Below are positions 28,238 through 37,818 of a stretch of 64,000 nt of DNA, piece by piece. The DNA lies in the NCBI GenBank assembly GCA_038883655.1, contig JAVZLQ010000004.1:160001-224000 (forward strand). Reading direction: 5' to 3'. Source of the stretch: Candidatus Bathyarchaeia archaeon (GTDB lineage: Archaea; Thermoproteota; Bathyarchaeia; Bathyarchaeales; Bathycorpusculaceae). The notes below the pieces were generated by a model. That model had not been told where the DNA came from and searched no databases. It saw only the letters and a program-made list of their open reading frames with translations. The stretch's first letter is position 1. Every line of letters starts with the position of its first letter. Position numbers and translations under genes: made by a program.

Positions 28238-28642
28238 ATGAGCGAGCAAAATGCACAGTTCACAATCGAACAGTTTTATAAGTATGTTTTACAAGGAAGG
28301 CTTATGGGCGGCAAATGTAGGCAATGCGGAAAAATTCATCTGCCGCCAAGACCTCTATGCGATAAATGTTACTCAAAAGATTTTGAATGGGTTGAACTGC
28401 CGCAGAAAGGCAAACTACTAACATACACGGTAATCTACGTGGCACCAACGCAATTTCAGGGAATGGCGCCATACGCTGTTGGCATAGTTGAACTTGAAAA
28501 TGGCGTGAAAATTCCGGGAATGATTAGAGGAATCGCTATAGAACAGATAAAAATAGGAATGCCATTAGCAATAGACTTCGGCACATGCGCAGCAACACAA
28601 GAATGGCCCCAATGGCCCAGATACTACTTTAAACCGGCCTAA
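28238..28642 (+). CDS. DUF35 Zn-ribbon/OB-fold protein (thiolase partner)
   Basis: CRQC...PPRPLCDKC, GKLLTYT, PYAVGIVEL; ATG 28238. Confidence 0.92.
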   Translation: MSEQNAQFTIEQFYKYVLQGRLMGGKCRQCGKIHLPPRPLCDKCYSKDFEWVELPQKGKLLTYTVIYVAPTQFQGMAPYAVGIVELENGVKIPGMIRGIAIEQIKIGMPLAIDFGTCAATQEWPQWPRYYFKPA

Positions 28643-29340
28643 TTTTCGCTTTGTTCTTCCATTTTTTTGTTTATGTATCCTATTAGCGTGGGCAAGTCTG
28701 TTATTGAGGTTATCATGTAGTTCGCTCCAGAGCTTATCAGTTCTTTTGGGCTTGAAACGCCTGTTGTTATGCCCACGGCTATGGCGCCCAAATCTCTTGC
28801 ACATTTCATGTCATTCGCGCTGTCGCCGACAACGACGGTTTCTTGAGGCTTAACGTCTAAAGCTTTTAACGTGGCTTCGAGGTGCTCTGTGTTTGGCTTA
28901 ACATTTTTCACCTTATTTCTCGGAGTTAATGCATCGAAAAATTCGCTTATTCTAAACCTTTTTAGTATAAATTCTGCAGATTTTTCGCTGTTTATTGTGC
29001 ATAACCCAAGTTTCAAGCCCATCTCCTTTAGCGCTTTCAATGTTTCCTTTACCCCTGGAAATGGGCTTGTGTATTTGGCGGCTTCCAACTCATACTTTTC
29101 CGCTATTTCTAGTGCTTCACTGCAGATTTTTGCAATTGCTTCTTCGTTCTGTCCATTGTTTTTCATGAAAATTTCAGTTTTCTTCAGCATTTCGAATATG
29201 CTTTCATTTGTGGAAAGCGTGGATGCTGGCATTCCCGCTCTGATAAGTAGGCTTCGAACATCTGCTCTAACCGCTCTATAGTCTATGTTAAATTTTGCGA
29301 TTGTTCCGTCCAGGTCGAAGATAACAGCCTTAACTTTCAT
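28639..29340 (-). CDS. HAD-superfamily hydrolase (phosphoglycolate phosphatase-like)
   Basis: IFDLDGT, KP, VGDSANDM. Confidence 0.9.
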   Translation of the reverse strand: MKVKAVIFDLDGTIAKFNIDYRAVRADVRSLLIRAGMPASTLSTNESIFEMLKKTEIFMKNNGQNEEAIAKICSEALEIAEKYELEAAKYTSPFPGVKETLKALKEMGLKLGLCTINSEKSAEFILKRFRISEFFDALTPRNKVKNVKPNTEHLEATLKALDVKPQETVVVGDSANDMKCARDLGAIAVGITTGVSSPKELISSGANYMITSITDLPTLIGYINKKMEEQSEN

Positions 29341-29463
29341 GTTTAATTCTCGCTTTTGCTTTCGAACTTGAAGGCATTAATCACGTTTCTAGCGAAATAT
29401 ACTTTACGGTTAAAGGGGCAAACCGCATATTTAACTAACATGCAAATAATATATCGATGAACC

Positions 29464-29688
29464 ATGGGCCTAGAAGAATATGCAAAAGAAAAATTATGGC
29501 TGATACTTGTGGAAACTGTTCACGCGCTGGTTTTGTACCCAAACCACAAGGCTTACACAAGGGAGGTCATACTTCATGAAAAACCAGACATAACACCACA
29601 AGAGCTAGCAGCAAGATTGGGCATACCACTTGGCGAAGCCCTTGTAATTCTCTATGAATTGGCTAACGAGAAAAAGTCAACTGTTTGA
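29464..29688 (+). CDS. Small hypothetical protein with a possible HTH
   Basis: PDITPQELAARLGIPLGEALVILYEL resembles an HTH. Confidence 0.6.
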   Translation: MGLEEYAKEKLWLILVETVHALVLYPNHKAYTREVILHEKPDITPQELAARLGIPLGEALVILYELANEKKSTV

Positions 29689-29690
29689 TT

Positions 29691-30530
29691 TTATGGTTTA
29701 GTGACCATTCTCACGGTTGCCAAGATTAGGATTGCGCCCAAAAGCACTTTTAGTAAATCCTTTTCCACAACTGCTGCTTGTGATGCCCCAACAAAGGCGC
29801 CGATTATGGAGCCTATGCTCATTATAATTGCTATTATGGTTGCGTTTCTGTTGGCGTGTCCCATCATGCGGTGTTTTATGAAGCCGGTGGCAACTGTAGG
29901 TATGGAAACGAGAAGGCTTGCTGTTCCAGCAACCTTTACGTCAAAGCCGAAAACGTAAATTAATGCTGGAATTCGGAACTCGCCTCCCGCGACACCGAAC
30001 ATTCCAGAAATTACGCCTATAACTACGCCAACAAGCACCGCCAAAAAAGTTTCTTCCGTAAAGCCTAAAGTGAACTCGAAAAGTGGTGGGGTGTGAATAA
30101 ATGGTTCAAGTCCAATTTTTAATCCGATTATGACTAAGAAAGCAGCCAAAACTTTTTTCAAAAATCCTTCCTTAACCCTTCCAGTTAAAGCTGCGCCAAG
30201 ATAACTTCCGATGATAGACGCAAAGGACATTATTAAGGCTACATTAATGGCTTGCGCATCCAAAAGTCCCAGCTGAAAACGTATAATGAATGAAACTATG
30301 ACTGTTAGGAGACCTACAAAGAGATTTACGGCAACTGCCGCTATTACTGGAAGCCCAATCACGTAAAGCAGTATGGGAATGCGAAATTCTCCCCCACCAA
30401 CGCCTATTAAACCTGCCGCTATTCCCATTAGAAAGCTAAAAAACAGCGCTGCAAATGCTTTAGCTGTTGAAACTTGTCTTTGGGTGATTTTAGGTCCTCC
30501 TCTCGCAATACGATGTGTTTGCTTAATCAT
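29691..30530 (-). CDS. TauE/SafE (TSUP) family sulfur-compound transporter
   Basis: Internal duplication GLIGVGGGEFRIP / GMFGVAGGEFRIP; about 8 TM helices. Confidence 0.9.
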   Translation of the reverse strand: MIKQTHRIARGGPKITQRQVSTAKAFAALFFSFLMGIAAGLIGVGGGEFRIPILLYVIGLPVIAAVAVNLFVGLLTVIVSFIIRFQLGLLDAQAINVALIMSFASIIGSYLGAALTGRVKEGFLKKVLAAFLVIIGLKIGLEPFIHTPPLFEFTLGFTEETFLAVLVGVVIGVISGMFGVAGGEFRIPALIYVFGFDVKVAGTASLLVSIPTVATGFIKHRMMGHANRNATIIAIIMSIGSIIGAFVGASQAAVVEKDLLKVLLGAILILATVRMVTKP

Positions 30531-30573
30531 GTCGATTTAGACTTATAAGTCTAATACCACAAACAAGAATTAC

Positions 30574-30903
30574 ATGACAAGAAAGAGTAAATTCCAATAC
30601 AAAATATGGATAGAATATGAAGGAAAACCAGTTTTGGGCAAAGGTGGAGCTCAAATCCTAGAACAGGTAGAAAAGGAACAATCAATTTCACGAGCTGCTA
30701 AGAAACTTGGCATGTCCTACCGTTATGTTTGGAGTTACCTAAAAAAGATTGAGAAGGTATTGGGCGAGCCAGTCATAGAAACTTATAGAGGCGGCAAATC
30801 TGGTGGGGGAGGCGCAAAACTAACAAAGCAAGGCAAAAAACTGCTTGAGGATTATAAACTCGCTGAGGATTATTTGGCTGAAGTTCTCGCAAGAAAATTT
30901 TAA
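30574..30903 (+). CDS. ModE-like winged-helix regulator (DNA-binding domain only)
   Basis: SISRAAKKLGMSYRYVW...GGKSGGGAKLT. Confidence 0.9.
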   Translation: MTRKSKFQYKIWIEYEGKPVLGKGGAQILEQVEKEQSISRAAKKLGMSYRYVWSYLKKIEKVLGEPVIETYRGGKSGGGGAKLTKQGKKLLEDYKLAEDYLAEVLARKF

Positions 30904-30933
30904 TGGAGAAATTATGTTAAACATGTTTGGCTG

Positions 30934-31227
30934 TTGGTTAAGCAAACGCTGGGCAGAGAATTTGATGAAGCAAAAGAACATACAGAATGGCATCTTAAGG
31001 GTTTTCCAGAGTTTTGTTTAGTTGCTGAAGAGAAAAACATGATTGTAGGCTTCATAATTTCGCATCTTCATGAAAATGCTCTTGAAATAGAGGAGCTTTA
31101 TGCAGTGAAAGGATACGAGAACGTTTTCGGGTCTCTCATAAATGAAGTTTTGCGTAGGGTTCCAAAAGTGGACAACGTGACAATGGAGATTGATGTATTT
31201 CAAGCACTTATTAAGCAACTGAAATAA
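30934..31227 (+). CDS. Truncated or degenerate GNAT-fold protein
   Basis: CLVAEEKNMIVGFI...EIEELYAV; the acetyl-CoA loop and C-terminus are degenerate; start uncertain. Confidence 0.45.
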   Translation: MVKQTLGREFDEAKEHTEWHLKGFPEFCLVAEEKNMIVGFIISHLHENALEIEELYAVKGYENVFGSLINEVLRRVPKVDNVTMEIDVFQALIKQLK

Positions 31228-31228
31228 T

Positions 31229-31780
31229 CTATTCCACTACGTATCTGTAGGCTATGTGTTCTCCTGCTGTCGGGCTTTTTCTTATTATGCGCAATATGTC
31301 GCCTGGTTTGGCGCCTATGGCTTTTACGGCTGGGTCTGAAGCCTTTATTTGTGGAAGTTGGTAAGGCTTAACCTTGTACTGCGCAAGAAGCTGTTCCCTT
31401 TCCTCTTCTGTTAGGATTTCGTGTTTTGGAACAAGTTTGTGCTCGAAAATGTCGAATGCTGGGAAAGTTTTTGGCAAGAGTTCAATTTTCTTCTTTTTTG
31501 CGCCTTGTTTGACGGCATGCGTGTACCTTCCGCCAGTGATTACTATTCCTTTTTCAATGCCTTCTTCCTTCATCACTTTCTGCATGCGGTTTATTGATGT
31601 TATTCCAACAGCGCTGTCTTCTGGTATGCACCATACTAGGGCTTTTTCCTTCTCCTTTGGAATTTCAACGAGAAAGCCAACAGCATCCTCATATTTTTCC
31701 CTTTTAATGAGCTTGTAACCCCTAAGTTTTATGAGCATCTTTGCCTTTCTTTCCTCTAAACTTTCTTCTTCCAAACTCAA
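31229..31780 (-). CDS. rpoH: RNA polymerase subunit H/Rpo5 with an RPB5-like N-terminal domain
   Basis: C-terminal [10 protein letters not shown]...[10 protein letters not shown]...[14 protein letters not shown]...YRYV, preceded by about 105 extra residues. Confidence 0.93.
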   Translation of the reverse strand: MSLEEESLEERKAKMLIKLRGYKLIKREKYEDAVGFLVEIPKEKEKALVWCIPEDSAVGITSINRMQKVMKEEGIEKGIVITGGRYTHAVKQGAKKKKIELLPKTFPAFDIFEHKLVPKHEILTEEEREQLLAQYKVKPYQLPQIKASDPAVKAIGAKPGDILRIIRKSPTAGEHIAYRYVVE

Positions 31781-31847
31781 ACCTAAAACCCCTTTTATGA
31801 GGGCAATCGAAACCTTAACAAGCCATTAAACCTTTAAACTTTGCGCT

Positions 31848-32525
31848 TCAAATGCGCAGCACAACATTATCAACATACTTTTTCATGATCTCCGCAAACT
31901 CGGCGATTGTTGTTGGTGCGTAGGGCTTGACCACCCTAAAGTTTTCGTCAAAAGCGTTGTCTGGAATAAACTGTTGGAAGGCAAATGTTCTTGCACCTTT
32001 AATAATTTCGCCTATTTTCTGTACATCTTCAGCGTCAACAAATCCTGGAACAACGGTTGCCCTAAACTCGTATTCAACTTTTCCAGCTTTCAAAATCTCT
32101 ATCGTGCGGAGTAGGTTCTCCACGCTTTTTGCTCCCAGCTTCGGATACTTTTCCAGTGATGTTTTCACGTCTAGGGCAACATAATCTGCATAGGCGAGGC
32201 ACTGTTCAAGCACTTGTGGATAAAACCCGTTAGTGTCAAGCTTGACCATGAAGCCTCTATCCTTGAGTTTCTTCAGGAATCGCGGCATCTCCTTGTGCAT
32301 TGTTGGCTCTCCACCAGTCACAACAACAGCGTCAACAAATTTCTTGCGGCTTTCCAGAATTTGAAGCGCAGCTTCTTCTTGCAGAAATGGTGGTTTTGGA
32401 TCTACGACTATGCGCCAGTTGTGGCAGTACGGACAGCGCAAGTTGCAGCCCGGCGTAAAAAGCACTGTTGCAACTTTTTCTGGGAAGTCTATGAGGCTTG
32501 TCTTTTGGATTCCGCTGAACTTCAT
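31848..32525 (-). CDS. nrdG: Anaerobic ribonucleotide reductase activase (radical SAM)
   Basis: SLIDFP, GCNLRCPYCHN, TGGEPT, KLDTNG; adjacent to nrdD. Confidence 0.93.
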   Translation of the reverse strand: MKFSGIQKTSLIDFPEKVATVLFTPGCNLRCPYCHNWRIVVDPKPPFLQEEAALQILESRKKFVDAVVVTGGEPTMHKEMPRFLKKLKDRGFMVKLDTNGFYPQVLEQCLAYADYVALDVKTSLEKYPKLGAKSVENLLRTIEILKAGKVEYEFRATVVPGFVDAEDVQKIGEIIKGARTFAFQQFIPDNAFDENFRVVKPYAPTTIAEFAEIMKKYVDNVVLRI

Positions 32526-32539
32526 CTGGCTTTTCCCTT

Positions 32540-34663
32540 TTACGCTGGAATCGCTGGGGCAGCCACGACAACAGATTTGTCAAAAGTTCTGCGTATGGTG
32601 AACTCCGCCTGTTTTCCATCGTTCCACTGGTCTACTGGGCGCAAATAACCGACCACACGCGAGTAAACTTCACACTTTGCTCCACAGATTGGGCATTGCT
32701 TATGTTCACCACTTGTGTAGCCGTGTGTCGGGCATATGCTGAAAGTCGGCGTCAAAGTGAAGTATGGTAGACGCGTGTTCCATGTCACCCTGCGGATTAA
32801 TTCAGCAGCGGACCTCCATGAATAAAGCCTCTCGCCCAAGTATATGTGGAAAACCGTTCCACCAGTATAAAGCGTCTGCAACCTTTCTTGATGTTCCAAA
32901 GCCTCAAACAGGTCACCTTCAAAGTCTACCGGCAACTGCGAAGAGTTCGTATAAAATGGCTCAGCGCCCTTAGAGAGATACCGCTCATTCGCCACAATTA
33001 TGTCTGGATATTTCCTCTTATCTATACGTGCAAGCCTGTAGCTCGTGCCTTCTGCCGGTGTTGCCTCCAAATTGTAAATGTTTCCCGTTTCTTCTTGGAA
33101 ATCTGCAAGCTTTTCTCGCATAAAGTTGAGCACCTTAACTGCGAATTCCAAGCCTTCTGAGGATGCTATGCTGAAACCGAAAAGGTTCATTATCGCCTCG
33201 TTCATGCCTACAAGCCCAATTGTCGAGAAGTGGTTTTTCCAGTATTTGCCGAAAGTTTCTTTAACATTGCGCAGATAACGCCTAGAATATGGGTATAAGC
33301 CGTTTTCCGTGAAGTTTTCTAAGGCTTTCCGCTTTATTTCTAGGCTGTTCTTTGCTATTTCCATAAGCGCTTCCAAACGCTCAAAGAACTCATCCTCATT
33401 CTTCGCCAGATAACCAATCCGGGGCATGTTAAGCGTAACAACACCTATCGAACCTGTTAACGGGTTTGCACCGAAGAACCCGCCGCCTCTCTTGCGGAGT
33501 TCGCGGTTGTCTATTCTTAGGCGGCAGCACATGCTTCTGACGTCTTCTGGTTTCATGTCAGTGTTTATGAAGTTTGAGAAGTATGGCACGCCGTATTTTG
33601 CGGTTACCTCAAAGATTTTCTGTGATATAGGCGATTCCCAATCAAAATCCTTGGTTATGTTGTATGTTGGTATTGGAAATGTGAAAACTCTGCCCTTCGC
33701 GTCGCCTTGACTCATAACTTCCGCAAAAGCTTCGTTGAAAATTTGCATTTCTTCTTCCATTTCGCCGTAGGTTTTCTCAATAACTTGTCCGCCGACAATC
33801 ACGGGCTCATCCTTCATAAACTCTGGAACACTCAAATCCAAAGTAACATTTGTGAAGGGTGTCTGGAAACCAACTCGCGTCGGCACGTTCATGTTGAAGA
33901 AGAATTCTTGAAGCGCCTGTTCAACTTCTCTCTGACTTAGCTTATCATAATGTATGAATGGAGCCAAGTACGTGTCAAAGTTGCTAAAGGCTTGTGCTCC
34001 CGCTGCTTCGCCTTGAAGCGTGTAGAAGAAGTTTACTATTTGTCCTAGTGCTGTTCTGAAATGCTTTGCCGGTTTGCTTTCAATTTTTCCAGTAACTCCT
34101 CCGAAGCCTGAAAGAAGCAAATCCTTGATGTCCCATCCCACACAGTATGGTCCTAAAACGCCTAAGTCGTGGATATGCATGTCTCCAGAAAAGTGTGCAT
34201 TCGCGATTTCTGGCGGGTAAATTCTTGTAATCCAGTATTTTGCTATAACTGTGGATGAGAGATAATTATTTAAACCCTGCAGCGAGTAACTCATGTTTGA
34301 GTTTTCTTTTACCCGCCAGTCCTCGATTTCCAGATATTGGTCTACGAGGTCTGCTGAGCTTAGGAGAGCTGCTAACTCCCTTATGTCTTGGTGTTGTTTG
34401 CGGTAGAGTATGTAGGCTTTGGCTGTGCGTGCATGTCCATTTTCAATCAGCACTTTCTCGACTATGTCTTGGATTTCCTCAACTGTTGGAACTCCTTCCT
34501 CCCCGAACCGCTGCTTAAGTATTTCAACAACCTTGTCGCTTAATTTCTTGGCTAGTTCACGGTCTTTTCCGCCAACAGCCTTGGCGGCTTTCCAAATGGC
34601 GTTTGTTATCCGCTCTTGGTCAAACGCCTCTAACTTACCATCACGCTTCCTAACAAACTTCAT
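32540..34663 (-). CDS. nrdD: Class III ribonucleoside-triphosphate reductase with ATP cone
   Basis: VRKRDG cone, HIHDL, SMCCRL, ATPAEG, Zn site, glycyl-radical motif YSRVVGYL. Confidence 0.96.
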   Translation of the reverse strand: MKFVRKRDGKLEAFDQERITNAIWKAAKAVGGKDRELAKKLSDKVVEILKQRFGEEGVPTVEEIQDIVEKVLIENGHARTAKAYILYRKQHQDIRELAALLSSADLVDQYLEIEDWRVKENSNMSYSLQGLNNYLSSTVIAKYWITRIYPPEIANAHFSGDMHIHDLGVLGPYCVGWDIKDLLLSGFGGVTGKIESKPAKHFRTALGQIVNFFYTLQGEAAGAQAFSNFDTYLAPFIHYDKLSQREVEQALQEFFFNMNVPTRVGFQTPFTNVTLDLSVPEFMKDEPVIVGGQVIEKTYGEMEEEMQIFNEAFAEVMSQGDAKGRVFTFPIPTYNITKDFDWESPISQKIFEVTAKYGVPYFSNFINTDMKPEDVRSMCCRLRIDNRELRKRGGGFFGANPLTGSIGVVTLNMPRIGYLAKNEDEFFERLEALMEIAKNSLEIKRKALENFTENGLYPYSRRYLRNVKETFGKYWKNHFSTIGLVGMNEAIMNLFGFSIASSEGLEFAVKVLNFMREKLADFQEETGNIYNLEATPAEGTSYRLARIDKRKYPDIIVANERYLSKGAEPFYTNSSQLPVDFEGDLFEALEHQERLQTLYTGGTVFHIYLGERLYSWRSAAELIRRVTWNTRLPYFTLTPTFSICPTHGYTSGEHKQCPICGAKCEVYSRVVGYLRPVDQWNDGKQAEFTIRRTFDKSVVVAAPAIPA

Positions 34664-35106
34664 TTTTTCACCTCTAAAAGCACCTTGTGAAAATCTTCCG
34701 GCTCTTCAAATCGCCTATAAACCGAGGCGAACCTGATGTACGCGACACGGTCAAGATTCTTCAAGTACTTCATGACCAAGTCGCCAATCTCTTGCGAGCT
34801 AACTTCTTCCTTTCCAAGTCTCGCCAAATCTTGCCTTACACGTTCTGCTAACTCGTGAATCTGCTCAATCGTTACTGGTCTTTTTTCGCATGCTTTCTGG
34901 AGACCGCGGACAATCTTATTTAGGTCGAACCTTTCGAGTCTTCCATCCTTCTTCTTAACCATAAGCTCGATTGTCTCCACATATTCGTAGGTTGTGAAGC
35001 GTTTTCCGCAGTCTGCACATTCCTTGCGTCTTCTGACAGTGTTGTCTGGCGAGTCCCTTGTCTCAAGGGTTTTGAGGTTCTCGGAGCCGCAGTATGGGCA
35101 TTTCAT
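34660..35106 (-). CDS. nrdR: Transcriptional repressor NrdR
   Basis: MKCPYC...RRRKECADCGKRFTTYE, ATP cone VKKKDG, DRVAYIRFASVY. Confidence 0.96.
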   Translation of the reverse strand: MKCPYCGSENLKTLETRDSPDNTVRRRKECADCGKRFTTYEYVETIELMVKKKDGRLERFDLNKIVRGLQKACEKRPVTIEQIHELAERVRQDLARLGKEEVSSQEIGDLVMKYLKNLDRVAYIRFASVYRRFEEPEDFHKVLLEVKK

Positions 35107-35113
35107 TTTTTCA

Positions 35114-35162
35114 CCTACAAATTTAGTGCTTTTATAACCAAAGTAGACGCTAAATGTAGGGT
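35114..35162. promoter_or_regulatory. Candidate tandem NrdR boxes
   Basis: ACGCTAAATGTAGGGT (35147-35162) fits the consensus acaCwAtATaTwGtgt well. A degenerate copy CCTACAAATTTAGTGC (35114-35129) lies 33 bp away. Both sit between a TTTAAATA box and the nrdR start. Confidence 0.55.
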
Positions 35163-35377
35163 TTTGTTATTTAAACTCTTTCCACAACAACTTTGAAATG
35201 ACTGTACAGAACATTCTGAGAACCAACATGTTTGTATACATAATCACATAAAACAAAAAACCCGAAAACAAGCTTTTTTGGAAAAAGCGTTCAATTTCAA
35301 GAAAATCAGTTGAAGCTTAAAATTTTCCATTTAAAGTAAAGGTTTATTACACATTCCAGCCTTGTGCAATAGAGAAA

Positions 35378-36280
35378 ATGAAAAGAATCAAAGTCAGAAA
35401 CTTTGAAGAGAAAGATTTACCAACAGTCGTTGATTTGCTTAATCATGCCTATCAAGGAGCTTATGAGTTCACTCCTTACAGCGAAAACGACGTTTGCTCT
35501 TGGCTTCGGCGTGGAAATGTCAAAATTTTTGTCGCAGAGGTAGAAGGCGAAATTTTGGGTGTTGCCTCATATAGAGAGGGACATTGGGGCGAAGAGATTG
35601 AGTGGCTCGCTGCAAGGGACATTGAGAATAAAAGGGCTATTGAAGATGCGTTAGTGAAAGCAATTGAAAAGCAGGTTAAAGACTCTGCCGTTTTTACCGC
35701 GGTTGATGCTGAAAGCCCAAAAATCGCCGAATGGATTGAACGGGGATATAAGGCTGAAGGCGGATTATACCATATGATTGCCAAGCTTGATGGGTTAAAG
35801 CCAATTCCAAAGGTTCCAGAGGGCATCATCCTTCGAAGCCTAAAACCAGAAGAAGAAAACGCGTTTGTCGAGGCTGTTAATGCGGGTTTCGGTTGGGAAA
35901 GGATCAGTGTGGGCGCAATCCAGCGTTGGAAAGATGAGCATCCACCCTTCAGCGAGGAGTGGATACATGTTGCTGATGATGGTGGCAAGATTGTTTCCGT
36001 GGTTGTTTCGCGTCCAGACACGGAATACAACGAATATTATGGGGGAAAGAGGGGCTACATGGGTCCAGCGGCAACCATCCCACAATACCGCGGGAAAGGA
36101 CTTGCATCTGCATTGACTTGCCGTGCAATGAACTTTCTCTACATGTTTGGACATGATTCCGTTGCATTATATACTGCTGAACAAAACATTCCATCGGTAG
36201 CTCTCCTGCGAAAACTCGGCTTCCAAGTTGCACATAATTGGAAATTTATGCGCAAAAACATACGGCGGGAGCCCAAATAG
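35378..36280 (+). CDS. Tandem GNAT acetyltransferase
   Basis: Two GNAT domains; PQYRGKGLASAL and N..S..L.RKLGF. Confidence 0.88.
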   Translation: MKRIKVRNFEEKDLPTVVDLLNHAYQGAYEFTPYSENDVCSWLRRGNVKIFVAEVEGEILGVASYREGHWGEEIEWLAARDIENKRAIEDALVKAIEKQVKDSAVFTAVDAESPKIAEWIERGYKAEGGLYHMIAKLDGLKPIPKVPEGIILRSLKPEEENAFVEAVNAGFGWERISVGAIQRWKDEHPPFSEEWIHVADDGGKIVSVVVSRPDTEYNEYYGGKRGYMGPAATIPQYRGKGLASALTCRAMNFLYMFGHDSVALYTAEQNIPSVALLRKLGFQVAHNWKFMRKNIRREPK

Positions 36281-36282
36281 TA

Positions 36283-37155
36283 ATGGAGATAACGCTAAAG
36301 CCAGCAACACCATTCAATTTGGATGTTACGCTTTGCTGCGGTCAAGCCTTTAGGTGGACTAAGCATGGCAAATGGTGGTACGGCATTGTTGGAGAGAAAG
36401 TGTTTAAAATACGTCAATGCTGTGAGAGGCTTGAGTTTGAGAATGTTAACGAAAAGTTCGTGATAAACTATTTTGGGCTGAATGACGATTTACAATGCAT
36501 TTATAGAAAAATCTGCAAGGACAAACACATTAAAGACGCCATAGAAGCCTCAAAAGGCCTGCGCATCATTCGCCAAGAGCCATGGGAGTGCCTAATCTCC
36601 TACATCTGCGCAACATATAAGAATATTCCAGCGATACAGAAAATGATTGAAGCGTTGTCCAGAAGGTTTGGAGAAAAAATCCGCTTCGATGGAATGGAGT
36701 TTTACACTTTTCCAACAAAGGAAGAAATTGCAAGTGCAACAGTTAAAGAGTTAGAGGAATGTGGTCTTGGGTATAGAGCAAAATACGTGCATGAAACAGC
36801 TAAAGCCATGTACAAAGCCGACTTCAATTTCAAACAGTTAAAGGAGACCAGTTATGAAAAGGCTAAAAGTGAATTGCTGCGCTTTCCAGGTGTAGGTCAC
36901 AAAGTTGCTGATTGCATATTGCTGTTCGCCTTAGAAAAGTTTGAGGCGTTTCCAGTGGACGTTTGGATAAAACGTGCCATCTTAAAATTTTATGCGCATC
37001 ACTTTCCAGAGGATTTTGTGGCAAAATTGTCCAGCAAAACTGCCCTAACGTCTTCCATGTATAACACGCTTAGCCTTTTTGGAAGAAAATACTTTGGCGA
37101 TTATGCGGGTTACGCGCAAGAATACCTTTATCACTACGTAAAAACGCAAAGCTAG
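36283..37155 (+). CDS. ogg1: 8-oxoguanine DNA glycosylase/AP lyase (OGG1 type)
   Basis: TLCCGQAFRW, GLRIIRQEPWECLISYI, GLGYRAKY, HhH GVGHKVADC, FPVDVW, YAGYAQEYL. Confidence 0.9.
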   Translation: MEITLKPATPFNLDVTLCCGQAFRWTKHGKWWYGIVGEKVFKIRQCCERLEFENVNEKFVINYFGLNDDLQCIYRKICKDKHIKDAIEASKGLRIIRQEPWECLISYICATYKNIPAIQKMIEALSRRFGEKIRFDGMEFYTFPTKEEIASATVKELEECGLGYRAKYVHETAKAMYKADFNFKQLKETSYEKAKSELLRFPGVGHKVADCILLFALEKFEAFPVDVWIKRAILKFYAHHFPEDFVAKLSSKTALTSSMYNTLSLFGRKYFGDYAGYAQEYLYHYVKTQS

Positions 37156-37541
37156 ATTAGATTCTTCTCTTTCAAGATTTCCGCGGCGGCACTGCCACTT
37201 GTGGTTGTTATGGACATAGCCTCTGAAACTTGTTTCATTGCTGCAGAATAGTTATGCCTTAAAGTTTGTTCAACAGCCTCGTCAAGCTTTGCGCCTACGT
37301 CCGTGAATTGCTTAACTCCAGAAGCGTTAGCGGCAATATTAACCTCAGAAATGAATGCGCTCAAATAGGCAACGAAGATTTTCTCTGCACCAGCAACCTC
37401 TTCTTGCTTCATGTTCTCCAAAGCTTCCAAAAGCTTCGCTACCAGAATCAAATTTGATTTTATCTTTTCAGCATAGTGGAAAACTGTTAATGCTCTTTTA
37501 ACTTCCAAGAGTCTTCTCCACTTAAAGGTATAACCCGCCAC
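37152..37541 (-). CDS. Hypothetical helical protein
   Basis: ORF fills the gap downstream of the thioredoxin gene; start uncertain. Confidence 0.6.
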   Translation of the reverse strand: MAGYTFKWRRLLEVKRALTVFHYAEKIKSNLILVAKLLEALENMKQEEVAGAEKIFVAYLSAFISEVNIAANASGVKQFTDVGAKLDEAVEQTLRHNYSAAMKQVSEAMSITTTSGSAAAEILKEKNLI

Positions 37542-37818
37542 TTTGGGCAGTTCTTTCTTTCCACTTTTCTATTCGCTTTTTGACTTCCTCCTCAAGTTTC
37601 TCCTTGGAAATGAGGCGCCCCTTAACTATAACTTCGTCGCCTATTATTATGCTTGGCGTGCTCATAATCTGGTAGGCTAACCCTTCTTTTAGGCCTTCCT
37701 CTGTTGCCATGTCCACTTCTTTAAAGGCTATACCAAACTTCTGCGCAACCTCCGCAACAATAGTTTTAGCAACTGAGCAAACTGGACAAGTGGGCAGAGT
37801 GAAAACCTTCAACTCCAT
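37522..37818 (-). CDS. Thioredoxin/glutaredoxin-like protein
   Basis: FTLPTCPVC and cis-Pro motif IMSTPSI; ATG 37818. Confidence 0.88.
   Translation of the reverse strand: MELKVFTLPTCPVCSVAKTIVAEVAQKFGIAFKEVDMATEEGLKEGLAYQIMSTPSIIIGDEVIVKGRLISKEKLEEEVKKRIEKWKERTAQSGGLYL

Noticed and set aside
32540-34663. Inteins in NrdD (or in Rpo1/Rpo2)
   Set aside because: Protein lengths are normal and no intein splice-junction insertion is visible.
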